Of a stretch of DNA of 64,000 nucleotides, positions 27,906-38,512 are shown piece after piece. The translations under genes and the position numbers were made by a program. The notes beneath the pieces are model-generated. The model did no database searches. It saw nothing but the letters and a program-made list of their open reading frames with translations, and was not told the DNA's origin. Positions within the stretch are counted from its first letter, which is position 1, and each line of letters opens with the position of its first letter. Origin of the DNA: an uncultured Acidimicrobiia bacterium (lineage in GTDB: Bacteria > Acidobacteriota > Vicinamibacteria > Vicinamibacterales > SCN-69-37); contig CBINOO010000001.1 of NCBI GenBank assembly GCA_966252305.1, positions 17,979-81,978 on the forward strand, read 5' to 3'.

Positions 27906-30554
27906 TTAGAAACCGAAACGCAGGCCGGCCTGCATCTTCCGCGGGTTCATGACATTGGTGGGCTGGCCAAAGAACGGCGACGTCAGCACACCCGAGTAGC
28001 CGACGTAGTTCGCGCGATTGAGGAGGTTCTGACCGGACAGGTAGACCTCGATGCGGAAGCGTTTGCTTGTCGCGCCGCCGCCAAAACCCGCGGCCATGCC
28101 GCCACCGCCACCAATCACCACCGTCTGCGTGCCGCCGCCACCCGTGCTCTGCGGGCGAGTACCAAAACCCCAGGCATAGGAGATCCGGCCGCCGAGATCC
28201 CACTGGCTGGCCGTGCGGGCGGAATTGCGTGAGACACCGGCCGGACGGTCGTTGAACAATCCGTCGCCGTTGTCGTCGCGACCCGTAGTGATGTTGTACG
28301 GCGTGCCCGACTGCGCGCGCGCATTGAGGCTGATGCTCAGATCAGCGGTGGGGCGCATCGAGAGTGACGCCGACATGCGATGCCGGATGTCGCCGGCGGA
28401 CGGACCCCACTCGGTGTCGAGATTCTCGCCGTTGGCCGGCACCGAAAACGCGCCGGTGGTGTTGGTAGTGCTCCTGGTGAACGTGTAGTTCGCAAACACG
28501 AAGAAGCTCTTCCAGTTGAGCTTGGTGAGATTCCATCCGAGCGAGATCGACTCGGTCGTCGCTTCCGCATCCGACACCAGGCTGAGGATGTTGGCAAACG
28601 CCGGATTGGGACGCACACCGTCCACCGGCGTGTTCAGGTTCCGGCCTCGCAGCTGCCCCTGTCCCCAGGAGCGCGCATAGGTCAGGCTCAGGCGCGAATC
28701 AGCCGTCAGCGCCCGATCCGCGCCGGCATGCAGACGATGTCCGACCGGCAACGCGAGGCTGTCATCCCAGAGGTACTGATTGGTGACTGTCTGCGCGCCG
28801 TCCTGCGGCACGTCGGGGTAGGACGGATTGAGGACGTTGAGTTCGCGCTGGCGGAATCCGTCCACCAGCAGCGTCTGTTTATAGAGATCGGCGCTGATCC
28901 AGTCGTAGAAGTAGCCGTATCCGGTGCGGAGGGTGAGCTTGCCGCTGCGGAACGGTGACCACGCGAGGTTGACCCGAGGCGAGAGGTTGAGTTGATCACC
29001 GGTCAGCGACTGGAAGCCGGCGCGCACGCCCGCCGACACCATCACGCTCCGTGAGGCGCGCCAATCATCCTGCAGATAGGCGCCGACCTGCCACGTCGAG
29101 TACTTCAGGTTGGGATCGCCGATCTTCCTCGTGTAGCTCATCGGGCGCCCCGCGCGATAGTCATCGAGGCTCGCGAAGGTGTACGTCCCGAGGTAGTTGG
29201 AGATGTCATCAGACCGGTGGCGTTCCGCTTCAACCAGCAGACCCGTGCGCCACGAGTGCGCGCCGCGGACGTAGTCCAGGTCGGTCGCGGCTTCCAGGCC
29301 GAATGAGTTCCGCCCGCCGCGCATCTGCGCGCCACCAGTGGTGAACGCGTCCAGCACGCGGATGGTTGGGGCCTCCACCAGCGACGCGCTCGAGTTGTCC
29401 GACCACGAAAGCTGCAGCCGTGACTCGGTGAACATCCGGCGTCCCAGCGGCCCGTTCTCCGAGAGTCGCAGCGTCGTCGTTGAGTTTTCGGAGGTGTAGC
29501 CACGGTCGAACAGGTTGAAGCCACCCACACCCATGTTGTTCGTGTCGCGCTGCATGCGCGAGACGCTGGCGCGAAGCGCGTGATCCCGGTTGATGGCCCA
29601 GTCCACGCGGCCGGTGGCATTGAGCATGTCGGTGGGCGTGCGCAGCGACTCGTTGACCGTCGTGCCGTCCGGCAACACCGCCAGGAGATTCGGCGACGTG
29701 TAGTTGTTCATGCCGTTGAAGTTGAGTGAAAACGACAGTTTGTTCGGGCGGATGGTGCCCGACAGCGCCATGCCGTACTGACGCATCTGCTCGTCACCCT
29801 TGACCGGCGTAAACGGATTGCGGGAGTTGAAGCGGTCGTCCTGGAAGGACGAGTCGATGCTGCCGCGCAGTGGCCCGGCGCCTGGCTGCGTCATGATCTC
29901 GATGAACATCGCGCCGTTCATCCCGCCGTGGTTCTGTGCCGCAAAGGCGTCCATGCGCGGAAGACGAATCGATCGGATCTGTGACTTGGGCGGCATCTGA
30001 CCGCCGGTGAAACCGTCAATCCGGATCTGCGAGCCCGCGGGAGACATGGCCTTGAGCACGGCTTCCATTTCCTCAGGATCGTCGGGCAGGGCCTCGATCA
30101 TCTCGCGCGTGAGAATCGTCGAGAAGGCGCTGCCGCGTGGATCCAGGCCGGATGACTGTCCGTCGCGGCCCACGGTCACTTCATCCTGCATCTTCTTGAG
30201 GGGCAGCGTGATCGTCCGTCGGGTCTCGCCGGCCCGCACGCGCACGTCACGCTGGGTCACCGTCTCGAAGCCGGCAAACTCCGCCTGCACGGTATAACGG
30301 CCCTGCGTCAGCGTCGGAAAGGTCGCGCTGCCCGCATCGGTGGCCGCCACCGGAGCCACCGTGGTGGTGCGTGTCGCCGTTTCCTGGCCGGTGACCGTCA
30401 CCGTGGCGCCCGGCAGCACGGCACCTGTCTGGTCAACAACCGTCACCACCAGCCGTCCTGTTGCCGCCGGCGCTTGCGCCTGTGCCTGCGACGGCACGAT
30501 GACGGTCAACGCGAGGCACACGAATCCTGTCATGCGAATGCATGTCTTCACCAC
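27906..30554 (-). CDS. TonB-dependent receptor-like outer membrane protein with carboxypeptidase regulatory-like N-domain
   Basis: VVDQTGAVLPGATVTV, YLQDDWR, SPRVNLAWSP, terminal aromatic LRFGF. Confidence 0.85.
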   Translation of the reverse strand: MVKTCIRMTGFVCLALTVIVPSQAQAQAPAATGRLVVTVVDQTGAVLPGATVTVTGQETATRTTTVAPVAATDAGSATFPTLTQGRYTVQAEFAGFETVTQRDVRVRAGETRRTITLPLKKMQDEVTVGRDGQSSGLDPRGSAFSTILTREMIEALPDDPEEMEAVLKAMSPAGSQIRIDGFTGGQMPPKSQIRSIRLPRMDAFAAQNHGGMNGAMFIEIMTQPGAGPLRGSIDSSFQDDRFNSRNPFTPVKGDEQMRQYGMALSGTIRPNKLSFSLNFNGMNNYTSPNLLAVLPDGTTVNESLRTPTDMLNATGRVDWAINRDHALRASVSRMQRDTNNMGVGGFNLFDRGYTSENSTTTLRLSENGPLGRRMFTESRLQLSWSDNSSASLVEAPTIRVLDAFTTGGAQMRGGRNSFGLEAATDLDYVRGAHSWRTGLLVEAERHRSDDISNYLGTYTFASLDDYRAGRPMSYTRKIGDPNLKYSTWQVGAYLQDDWRASRSVMVSAGVRAGFQSLTGDQLNLSPRVNLAWSPFRSGKLTLRTGYGYFYDWISADLYKQTLLVDGFRQRELNVLNPSYPDVPQDGAQTVTNQYLWDDSLALPVGHRLHAGADRALTADSRLSLTYARSWGQGQLRGRNLNTPVDGVRPNPAFANILSLVSDAEATTESISLGWNLTKLNWKSFFVFANYTFTRSTTNTTGAFSVPANGENLDTEWGPSAGDIRHRMSASLSMRPTADLSISLNARAQSGTPYNITTGRDDNGDGLFNDRPAGVSRNSARTASQWDLGGRISYAWGFGTRPQSTGGGGTQTVVIGGGGGMAAGFGGGATSKRFRIEVYLSGQNLLNRANYVGYSGVLTSPFFGQPTNVMNPRKMQAGLRFGF

Positions 30555-30581
30555 GATGGTCTCCTGTTGAACGACGTCCGG

Positions 30582-31598
30582 TTACTTCGAGACTTCGAAC
30601 TTCTTCGCGTCGATCTTCGGATTGAGCTTGATCGACTCGAAGGTCATTTCTTCCGTGGGTTTCCCGTCCACCGAGCGACGGATGGTGTGCGGCAGCTTCA
30701 CGCCGTTGACGGTCTTGTAGTCGCTGTAGAACAGCCGATATTCGACCGTCTTGCGATTGGCTTCCGCCTGGCGACGGGCGGCTTCGGCATCCGCCATCAT
30801 CTTCTTCTGCTCTTCTTCGGTCATCTGGCGGCCACCAGCGCTGCCGCTCGTGGTGAACGACGCGCCGCCGCCCATCTGGACAGTCTGGCCACCGCCCGGC
30901 CCGCCACCACGCATCGTCTGGGTCATGACCATCGGCTCGGGCGCCATCCAGCTGAACATGAGGGGCAGGTGGCTCGCCGAGTCCACGAACAGACGGCCGG
31001 CAAAGTCGCCGTCGCCCTTCACGTCGATCACAAAGGCCTTGCCGTCAGCCGCTTCCGCTTCACCGGCATAGCTGAACTGCACCGGGAATCCCTCGTACGA
31101 CGAACCGAACAGGCCCAGGACCAGTCGCGCGAAGTCGTGTTTCTGCGACATCAGGAGGCGACGATTACTCTCGGCCTGCTGCTCCGGGGTGGGAGCCGCC
31201 CCTCCGGCGCCGCCAGAGCCGGCCGCGCGTACCATGACCATTCCACCACCGCCGCCCAGTGACGGAGGCTGGTCGATGACATTGATGAGGCCGTCGCCGT
31301 TGAAACCGGCGTTCCGGTACACGCTCATGTTGCCCAGATTGGCCAACACCGAACGCATCATGTATTTGTTCGGCAGTTCCATCGCCAGCTCGAACTCGTT
31401 CTCGGTGGTGTTCCCCGTGGGGCTGGTGCGCAGCGTCCGCCCGACCGCGGTCATCGACTTCACGCCGGCGACCTTGTCAGCGCCGCCCAGCGCCGCCTTC
31501 ATGTCGGCGAGCACCTTGTTGACGTCGCCGCCCTGTCCGAACACCAGCGCCGGCACCGCCAGCATCGCCACCACGATTCCGTTCATGACCTTCCGCAT
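30582..31598 (-). CDS. Secreted hypothetical protein (lipoprotein-sorting-like C-terminal motif)
   Basis: Signal peptide; ALGG; YSDYKTVNGVKLP..NPKIDAKKF; start at ATG 31598 with AGGAG SD. Confidence 0.7.
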   Translation of the reverse strand: MRKVMNGIVVAMLAVPALVFGQGGDVNKVLADMKAALGGADKVAGVKSMTAVGRTLRTSPTGNTTENEFELAMELPNKYMMRSVLANLGNMSVYRNAGFNGDGLINVIDQPPSLGGGGGMVMVRAAGSGGAGGAAPTPEQQAESNRRLLMSQKHDFARLVLGLFGSSYEGFPVQFSYAGEAEAADGKAFVIDVKGDGDFAGRLFVDSASHLPLMFSWMAPEPMVMTQTMRGGGPGGGQTVQMGGGASFTTSGSAGGRQMTEEEQKKMMADAEAARRQAEANRKTVEYRLFYSDYKTVNGVKLPHTIRRSVDGKPTEEMTFESIKLNPKIDAKKFEVSK

Positions 31599-31681
31599 CT
31601 CGTTCGCTCCTTGATGAACCGCCCTGTCGACGGTTCGGGCTGTATGACGGTTCAAGCCTGACCGCCGGTGCACGGCATTTG

Positions 31682-31718
31682 GTTAAGCGAACGCAAAGAG
31701 ATTGTTAAGGACGTAAAA
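31682..31718. promoter_or_regulatory. Phased direct repeats, candidate OmpR/CpxR-type binding site
   Basis: GTTAAG (31682), GCAAAG (31693), GTTAAG (31704) at 11-bp spacing in the AT-rich divergent region. Confidence 0.5.
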
Positions 31719-31779
31719 CCCTATTTTTCAATCACTTACAGAAACAGAAGATTTCGCGCCCCGTGGTAGACTCCGGTCC

Positions 31780-33675
31780 ATGGCCGCCTCACGGCTTTCC
31801 CTTCGGCTCGTCGTTCCAGCGGTGCTGATCCTGCTCGTGGTGCTGCTCGGCACCCTGCAGTACCGCTGGCTGGGTCAGGTCAGTGAAGCGGAACGCGCGC
31901 AGCTGGGTCGCACCCTGGCACAGCGCGCGTCGGAGTTCGGGATCGACTTTGACCGCGAGATGTCGCTCGCCTCGACGATGCTGGCCATTGATGGCGAGGC
32001 GCTCGACCGCGATCCCTGGGCGGCCATTGCGGCCCACTACGATGCGTGGCGCGCTCGGGCGCTCTATCCCGACATGGTCAAGGCGGTGTACATCGCGCGT
32101 GGACAGGCAGACTCGCACACGCTTGCGCAGTGGTCTCCCGGCTCACGCAGCGGGAGCGACACCGCCTGGCCGGCACATTTCGCCGGCGTGCAACGCACGA
32201 TCGCAATGTCGACGCCCCGCATGGTCCCGTCGTCCACCGCTGTTAAGGGGACGACCGAAATGCGGGTGCAGTCGCTGGCGACCATGGCGCTGTCACCGGT
32301 GGTGGATTCGGTGCCGGCGTTGATCGTGCCGATCGTGTCACGAACGATGCAGCTGCCCGACGTCACGGGCAGTAACCTGATGGTCGCCGTGCGGTTTGCC
32401 AGCACCGACTTCCTGGTCATCGAGCTTGACCGCGACGTCCTCGTGAGCTCGGTCATTCCGGGCCTGGTGGAGCGGTACTTCCCGGCGACCGGATCGGATC
32501 ACTATCGGGTCGCCGTCCTTGATCGCGAGTTCCATCCGGTGTTTGTGCGTGGGTTCGACGCGGATGGACTCAGCCGGCAGATGCATGTGGATGCATCGAC
32601 GGTGTTTTTCACCGGCAACCGATACGAGTTCAACGCGCGCGTGCTGGCTGAGTCGAGCGCGCTGCTGTGGGAGACGTCGCAGCGCCGATCGGGATTCGTG
32701 GCCGCCGATCCTGTGCGGGTCGCTCCAACCCAGGCGTCCGGTGTCTCGCTCTTCATCCAGGAACGTTCCGGCACCGCCACCGCGCAGGCGGCACGTGTGT
32801 CGCTGAACGGCTGGCAGGTCCTGGTGCAACATGGCGCCGGTTCGCTCGACGAGGCCGTCGCGCAGGCACGCACACGGAATCTGGCGACCAGCTTCGGCAT
32901 TCTTGGCGTGTTGCTGGCCGGTGTGGGTCTGATCGTGATCAACGCTCGCAAGGCCGAGCGGCTCGCCGCCCAGCAGATGGAGTTTGTCGCAACGGTGTCG
33001 CATGAGTTGCGCACGCCGCTGGCGGTGATCAGATCGGCCGGCCAGAACCTGTCCGCGGGAGTCGTGGACGACCCGGCGCAAGCCAGGCGATACGGTCAGC
33101 TCATCGAAACCGAGGGCCGGCGGCTGACGGACATGGTCGAAGAGGTGCTTGAGTTTGCCGGCCTGAGCGGGAACCGGCGTCCACTGGCGCTCCGCCCAGC
33201 AGACCTGCCGTCACTGATCGCGGACGTGGTTGCCACACATCAGCCGCAGCTCGATGCTGCAGGAATCCAGGTAGAGATCGAGGCGCCGGAGGCGCTTGCG
33301 CCGATCATGGCCGACGAAGAAGCGTTGCGACGCGCGTTGTCGAATCTCGTCGGCAACGCGATCAAGTACGCCGCTGATGGCCGGTGGTTGCGAATCTCGC
33401 TGCGTCGGGACGACAACGATCCGCCCACGATTGCGCTGGACGTCGCCGACCACGGTCCCGGCATCACGACCGACGATGCCGCACACATCTTTGAGCCGTT
33501 TTATCGGGGTCGACACGCGGTCGACCAGCAGATCCACGGCAACGGCCTCGGCCTGAGCCTGGTCGCCCGCATCGCCGAAGCGCACGGAGGCACGGTCTCG
33601 GTGAGCGAGACGCCTGGTGGAGGCGCCACCTTCAGCCTCCGGATTCCGGCCGTCGACGTGCCGGCTCACGACTGA
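31780..33675 (+). CDS. Sensor histidine kinase
   Basis: Two TM helices; SHELRTPL, NLVGNAIKY, DHGPGI, GNGLGL. Confidence 0.93.
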   Translation: MAASRLSLRLVVPAVLILLVVLLGTLQYRWLGQVSEAERAQLGRTLAQRASEFGIDFDREMSLASTMLAIDGEALDRDPWAAIAAHYDAWRARALYPDMVKAVYIARGQADSHTLAQWSPGSRSGSDTAWPAHFAGVQRTIAMSTPRMVPSSTAVKGTTEMRVQSLATMALSPVVDSVPALIVPIVSRTMQLPDVTGSNLMVAVRFASTDFLVIELDRDVLVSSVIPGLVERYFPATGSDHYRVAVLDREFHPVFVRGFDADGLSRQMHVDASTVFFTGNRYEFNARVLAESSALLWETSQRRSGFVAADPVRVAPTQASGVSLFIQERSGTATAQAARVSLNGWQVLVQHGAGSLDEAVAQARTRNLATSFGILGVLLAGVGLIVINARKAERLAAQQMEFVATVSHELRTPLAVIRSAGQNLSAGVVDDPAQARRYGQLIETEGRRLTDMVEEVLEFAGLSGNRRPLALRPADLPSLIADVVATHQPQLDAAGIQVEIEAPEALAPIMADEEALRRALSNLVGNAIKYAADGRWLRISLRRDDNDPPTIALDVADHGPGITTDDAAHIFEPFYRGRHAVDQQIHGNGLGLSLVARIAEAHGGTVSVSETPGGGATFSLRIPAVDVPAHD

Positions 33676-33676
33676 C

Positions 33677-34375
33677 ATGGCTGCCCCTGCGCGCGTGCGC
33701 CGCGTTCTGCTGGTGGAGGATGAACCCGGCCTGGTCCTCACCCTGACCGACCGCCTCAAGAGTGAAGGTTATGAGGTGGCGGCGGCCTCCGATGGTCCAT
33801 CGGGCCTCGAACGCGCGGCGCGTGAGCACTGGGACATCATCCTGCTCGACGTCATGCTGCCGGGCGCCTCCGGCTTCGACGTCTGCCGCGACCTGCGGCA
33901 GCGCGGCATCACCACGCCGATCATCATGCTCACGGCGCGCGGCCAGGTCGTCGACAAGGTGCTCGGCCTGAAACTTGGCGCCGACGACTACCTGACCAAA
34001 CCCTTCGACATGATGGAACTGACGGCGCGCATCGAGGTGCAGCTGCGCCGGGCCGCCGCCTCGAACACGGGCCAGACGACGGCGCAGTTCGGCAACATCA
34101 GTGTGGACTTCCGCAAGGCCACGGTCAGGCGCGACGGCAAACTCCTCGAGCTCTCGGCGCGCGAATTCCTGCTGCTGAAATATTTCATCGAGCATCGCGA
34201 AGCCACGCTCACCCGTGACGAACTGCTCAATGAAGTCTGGGGCTACCACTCCATGCCGTCGACACGCACGGTGGACGTACACGTGGCCTGGCTTCGTCAG
34301 AAGATCGAACCCAATCCGCGCACGCCGCAGTACATCCTCACCGTACACGGCCTCGGGTACAAGTTCGTCGGGTGA
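33677..34375 (+). CDS. OmpR/PhoB family response regulator
   Basis: LLVEDE, LLDVMLP, GADDYLTKPF, TRTVDVHVAWLRQK, GLGYKF. Confidence 0.95.
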   Translation: MAAPARVRRVLLVEDEPGLVLTLTDRLKSEGYEVAAASDGPSGLERAAREHWDIILLDVMLPGASGFDVCRDLRQRGITTPIIMLTARGQVVDKVLGLKLGADDYLTKPFDMMELTARIEVQLRRAAASNTGQTTAQFGNISVDFRKATVRRDGKLLELSAREFLLLKYFIEHREATLTRDELLNEVWGYHSMPSTRTVDVHVAWLRQKIEPNPRTPQYILTVHGLGYKFVG

Positions 34376-34389
34376 GCGAGCCGGCTCTT

Positions 34390-36774
34390 CTAATCGGCGC
34401 GCAGCGCCGCTGAAGGGCTGATGCGCGATGCGCGCAGCGCCGGAATGAACGCCGCGACTCCCGCGACCGCCACAAGGGCCACCGTGGAGACACCGAACAC
34501 GACAGGGTCGGTGCTCGACGTCGCGTACAGCAGCGACGTCACCGTCGCCGAGAGCAGCCATGCCGCGCCGCCGCCGGCGACGACGCCCACGCCGGCCAGC
34601 ACAAGCGCATCAGCGACGACCGCTCGGCGAATCACACTGGCCGTCGCGCCAAGCGCCATGCGCACCCCGATCTCCGTCGTGCGTTGCCGCACGTGATAGG
34701 ACACCACCCCGTAGATCCCGAGACTCGCCAGAATCACCGCAAACAGGGAGAACCCTCCGATAATCTCCGCGAGAAACCGCCGGGGCGACACGGCACGGTC
34801 GACCAGAGCCGACATCGGCGAGACGTTGGCGACCACGAGGCCTTTCCCGACATCCGCCAGCGCGCCACGCAGGGCCGGCGCGAGCGAACGGCTTCCCATG
34901 GCGGACCGCACGACGAGGTCCGCGCCAACCGACTGCACCCTCGACATGTCGAGGTACATCTGATGAACGGGCGACTCCTCGAGACTGCTCTGCCGCACCG
35001 ACTCCACGACGCCGACGATCGTCAGCGCGATGCCGTTGCTCTGCGCGGGCCGCCCAATCGGATCCTGATCCGGAAAGAGCGTCCGCGCGAGTGTGCGGTT
35101 GACGATCACCGGCTGCCGCTCAGTCATGGGATCGTCGTGAACGAAGTCACGACCGGCCAGCACAGGAATGCCCATCGCGGGCATGTAGCCAGGACTGACC
35201 ACGTAGACGAACGTCGAGGGCACTTCGCCTGGCCCGTAGGTCTGCCCCGGCACGGTCACGCCCCACGTCCGGTTACGATCGAGCGGAAGCGCATCGGTGA
35301 AACCGGCCGCCGAAACTCCCGGCAATGCCAGTACACGCTCGAGCACCCGTCGCCTGAGGGCCGTCTGGTCGATCGGTGACGCTGCAGGCGGCATGTCGAG
35401 TCGGGCGACGGCGGCATCCTGCGCGTCAAAGCCGACGTCAGCAGTGACGACGCGCATCAAGCTGCGTCCCAGCAGGCCGGCGCCCACCAGCAACACGACC
35501 GCCAGTGCGACCTCGGCGCACACGAGCACGCGTCGAGTCCACACCTGACCTGGCGGATCCACCGTGCCTCGTCCATGTTCACCAAGTGCGGTCTGTGGGT
35601 CCTGCCCCGAGAGCCGCCAGGCAGGCAGCACCGAACCGGCCAGTCCCGCCGCGCAGGCGATGATCGCGGTAACCGTCAGCGCCGCGATGTCGACCGACGC
35701 GTACTGCAGCATCGGAATACTGACGCCGTCGCTCCTGGTCAGCCACGTCGTGAGCGCAAAGGCGAGCGGCACGCCGAGGGCGGCACCGGCACCAGCCAGC
35801 AGCAGCCCTTCGGTGAGCACCTGTCGAAACAAGCGGCCGCGGCCTGCGCCGAGGGCGCCCCGCACGGCAAACTCTCGTCGCCTGGAGGACGCTCGCACGA
35901 GCAGAAGATTCGTGACGTTGGCGCACGCAATGAGCAACACGACACCCACGGCGCCCCACAACACCGTCACGGACCGTCGAACCGGCCCTCCCACGTGTGC
36001 CTGGAGGTCCTCCAGGCGGGCTCCCGGTCGCCCGAGTTCCGGGCGCGCCGCCGCAATCGCTGGAAGGATCGTCGCAAACTCCGCGCGGGCCTGCTCGAGC
36101 GTGACGCCGGGGCGGCGTTTGCCGACCAGCGCCAACGTGTTTCCCCACGGACGCATCTGGTTCAGATCCGCCGGGAACACCACGTCCACTGGGGCGCCTG
36201 GGGTGAAGATCGACGCGAAGTCGAACGACGAAGGCAGCACTCCGACAATCTGCGCTGCCGCCGCGTTGATCGTGACGGAACGACCGACGATGGACGGGTC
36301 CCCGGCGAATCGACGGATCCAGAATCCGTGCGTGAGCAGCAACGCGGGCGGCATCGGCCCACGGTGGTCGCCTTCGACGAAGAGCCGGCCCACCGCCGGA
36401 CGAACGCCAAGAAGCTCGAGAAAACCCGGCGCTACATCCACGGCCGCGAGACGCTCCGTTTGTCCCTGCGTGTCCAAGGTTCGGCTGAAGAACCCCGAAA
36501 ATGCAAAGTACGCCCGGATATCCTCCATCGACGTCGATCGCCGAACGAACTCTTCAAGGACGTCCACCCGATAGGTCGCTCCGCTCATGCCGGTCGTCCC
36601 GGTGTTCGCGATCCAGACCAGCCGATCGGCGTCGGCCAGGGGCAGCGGCCGAAGCAACAGAGGATTGACCAGGCTGAAGACGGCGGTATTGGCGCCGATC
36701 CCGAGGGCCAGGATCAACACGGCCAGGCCAATGATGCCGGGGTCGCTGCGGAAGCTCTTCAGCGCTGATCGCAT
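34390..36774 (-). CDS. ADOP family (MacB-like duplicated) ABC permease
   Basis: LALGIGANTAVFS, LLIACANVTNLLL, GIYGVVSY..EIGVRMALGA. Confidence 0.9.
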   Translation of the reverse strand: MRSALKSFRSDPGIIGLAVLILALGIGANTAVFSLVNPLLLRPLPLADADRLVWIANTGTTGMSGATYRVDVLEEFVRRSTSMEDIRAYFAFSGFFSRTLDTQGQTERLAAVDVAPGFLELLGVRPAVGRLFVEGDHRGPMPPALLLTHGFWIRRFAGDPSIVGRSVTINAAAAQIVGVLPSSFDFASIFTPGAPVDVVFPADLNQMRPWGNTLALVGKRRPGVTLEQARAEFATILPAIAAARPELGRPGARLEDLQAHVGGPVRRSVTVLWGAVGVVLLIACANVTNLLLVRASSRRREFAVRGALGAGRGRLFRQVLTEGLLLAGAGAALGVPLAFALTTWLTRSDGVSIPMLQYASVDIAALTVTAIIACAAGLAGSVLPAWRLSGQDPQTALGEHGRGTVDPPGQVWTRRVLVCAEVALAVVLLVGAGLLGRSLMRVVTADVGFDAQDAAVARLDMPPAASPIDQTALRRRVLERVLALPGVSAAGFTDALPLDRNRTWGVTVPGQTYGPGEVPSTFVYVVSPGYMPAMGIPVLAGRDFVHDDPMTERQPVIVNRTLARTLFPDQDPIGRPAQSNGIALTIVGVVESVRQSSLEESPVHQMYLDMSRVQSVGADLVVRSAMGSRSLAPALRGALADVGKGLVVANVSPMSALVDRAVSPRRFLAEIIGGFSLFAVILASLGIYGVVSYHVRQRTTEIGVRMALGATASVIRRAVVADALVLAGVGVVAGGGAAWLLSATVTSLLYATSSTDPVVFGVSTVALVAVAGVAAFIPALRASRISPSAALRAD

Positions 36775-36817
36775 GGGGGGTAGACGATCACACGCAGGTG
36801 TGGGGTTGCCATCGTCG

Positions 36818-38512
36818 TCAGCGGATCGTCAGCAGCAGGTTCTCCCGGCGCGCGTCGATGGTGCGGGCGGCCGACGACAGGAGCAGCCGCGAGACACACG
36901 CGACCAGCAGCAGCCACAACGCAGACACCAGCAGCGTCAGCCCGTGACTCCACGCCGGAACGATCAGCACAATCAGCAACACCGGCGCCAGCGCCAGCGC
37001 CGTCGCCACGATGCCGACCAGCGCGGCCCCTGCGTGAGGATTCCCCGCCGAACCGGTGCGATTGAGATCGGACGCCGCAGGCAACATGGCGGAGATCATT
37101 GCGGCAAACGGCGCCTGAATGAGGAACGCGGCCAGGGCACCGCAGAACACCGCGGCCCAGAGCCACATCGAACTGACGCCGGACGAAAAGGCGACGGCCA
37201 GCATCCCGACGGCGACTGCGCACACATACAACGCCATTGTTCCGAGGGCTTTGCCCCAGGCCAGTTGGCGTGACGAAATGGGCAACAGAAACTGGAGTGT
37301 GAGCCCGGCGCGGTCAGTCGCGAACTGATTGAGCGTGAACGGATGGACCGTCATCAGCGCCATCGCGGCAGCCGCCGCGCACGCCAGGTGACTGTAGTCG
37401 CCGATGCGGTCAGCCCAGGGCACATCTCCGGAACGTGTCATCACCACGACCAGAACCGCGACGATGGGCCCGGGCATCAGGAGCGCAAGCCTCCCTCGCA
37501 CAGACCGCACGGCCGTGCGCCATTGCGCCGAGGCGACGGCCGACACCGCCGGTGAGACAAGCGGCACGGTCCGCAGCCCTGCGAGCGTCGTGTTCGAGGA
37601 GCGGCGCGATCGGCTGTCGCCCGCATCGAGCAGGCGCCGGTGCACCCGAGCGGACGCCAGCCACACGACGCCGGCGACACCCCACACCCCGGTCGCCCAG
37701 CCAAAGGCCTCGGCGATCCGGCCCTGGGAGGCGCGCTGGATGGCGCGCCCTGCCATCTCGGACGGCACCAGTCGGGCCCACGCGGGAATTGATGCCTCCA
37801 CCTTCTCAAGCGTGAGGCTGGACGCCTCGCGCTCCTCCGGCGTCATGGCATCCCGTCCGCGCTCGCGATCGAGGGCGAACATCTGAGGCACAAAACCGGC
37901 CAGCGACAGGAGCAACACAAACAACAGCGTGGACACTTCGGCACGCCGGCGATCGCGCATCAACCACGTCGTCAGGAAACTCGCCAGCGCGCTCAACGAC
38001 AGCAGCAGGCCGGCCAGGCCCACCACGACACAGGCCGCAACCAGGGCGGTCGTGAACGCGCCGCCGACGAGGATGCCCAGGACCAGGGTGCACAGCCCGG
38101 GCAACACGGCAAAGATCCAGGGATCGGCAATCCCTCCCAGCACCTCAAGCGCATGCAACAGGCGGCGCGAAATCGGGAGAAGCAGCAGTCGTGTATTCCG
38201 AGCGGCCGACTGCGCGCCCAGCCCCAGTGGCATGACGGTCACGATCACGAGTTGGACGACGAGGATGACACGCAGAATGACGATGCTGACGTAGGCGGCA
38301 TCGCCGCCGGCCGCGATGGCGCGCCCGCCGAACCATCCCGCAAACGCCAACGCGGTCACCGATCCCAGCGACATCGCCACCACGAGACCAGGCGCGACCA
38401 GCGCAACGATGCTTGCCGCCTGCTCCATCGTGTCGCGGCGCTTCGTGCCACGCACACGGTTGAGAAGCATCCGCCAGCGCAGCCAGGCGAATGCGCGAAC
38501 CTGCGCGATCAT
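36818..38512 (-). CDS. Multi-pass membrane protein, probable ABC-2 type permease
   Basis: Many TM helices, duplicated LLPIS motif; ATG overlaps the ATPase stop. Confidence 0.75.
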   Translation of the reverse strand: MIAQVRAFAWLRWRMLLNRVRGTKRRDTMEQAASIVALVAPGLVVAMSLGSVTALAFAGWFGGRAIAAGGDAAYVSIVILRVILVVQLVIVTVMPLGLGAQSAARNTRLLLLPISRRLLHALEVLGGIADPWIFAVLPGLCTLVLGILVGGAFTTALVAACVVVGLAGLLLSLSALASFLTTWLMRDRRRAEVSTLLFVLLLSLAGFVPQMFALDRERGRDAMTPEEREASSLTLEKVEASIPAWARLVPSEMAGRAIQRASQGRIAEAFGWATGVWGVAGVVWLASARVHRRLLDAGDSRSRRSSNTTLAGLRTVPLVSPAVSAVASAQWRTAVRSVRGRLALLMPGPIVAVLVVVMTRSGDVPWADRIGDYSHLACAAAAAMALMTVHPFTLNQFATDRAGLTLQFLLPISSRQLAWGKALGTMALYVCAVAVGMLAVAFSSGVSSMWLWAAVFCGALAAFLIQAPFAAMISAMLPAASDLNRTGSAGNPHAGAALVGIVATALALAPVLLIVLIVPAWSHGLTLLVSALWLLLVACVSRLLLSSAARTIDARRENLLLTIR

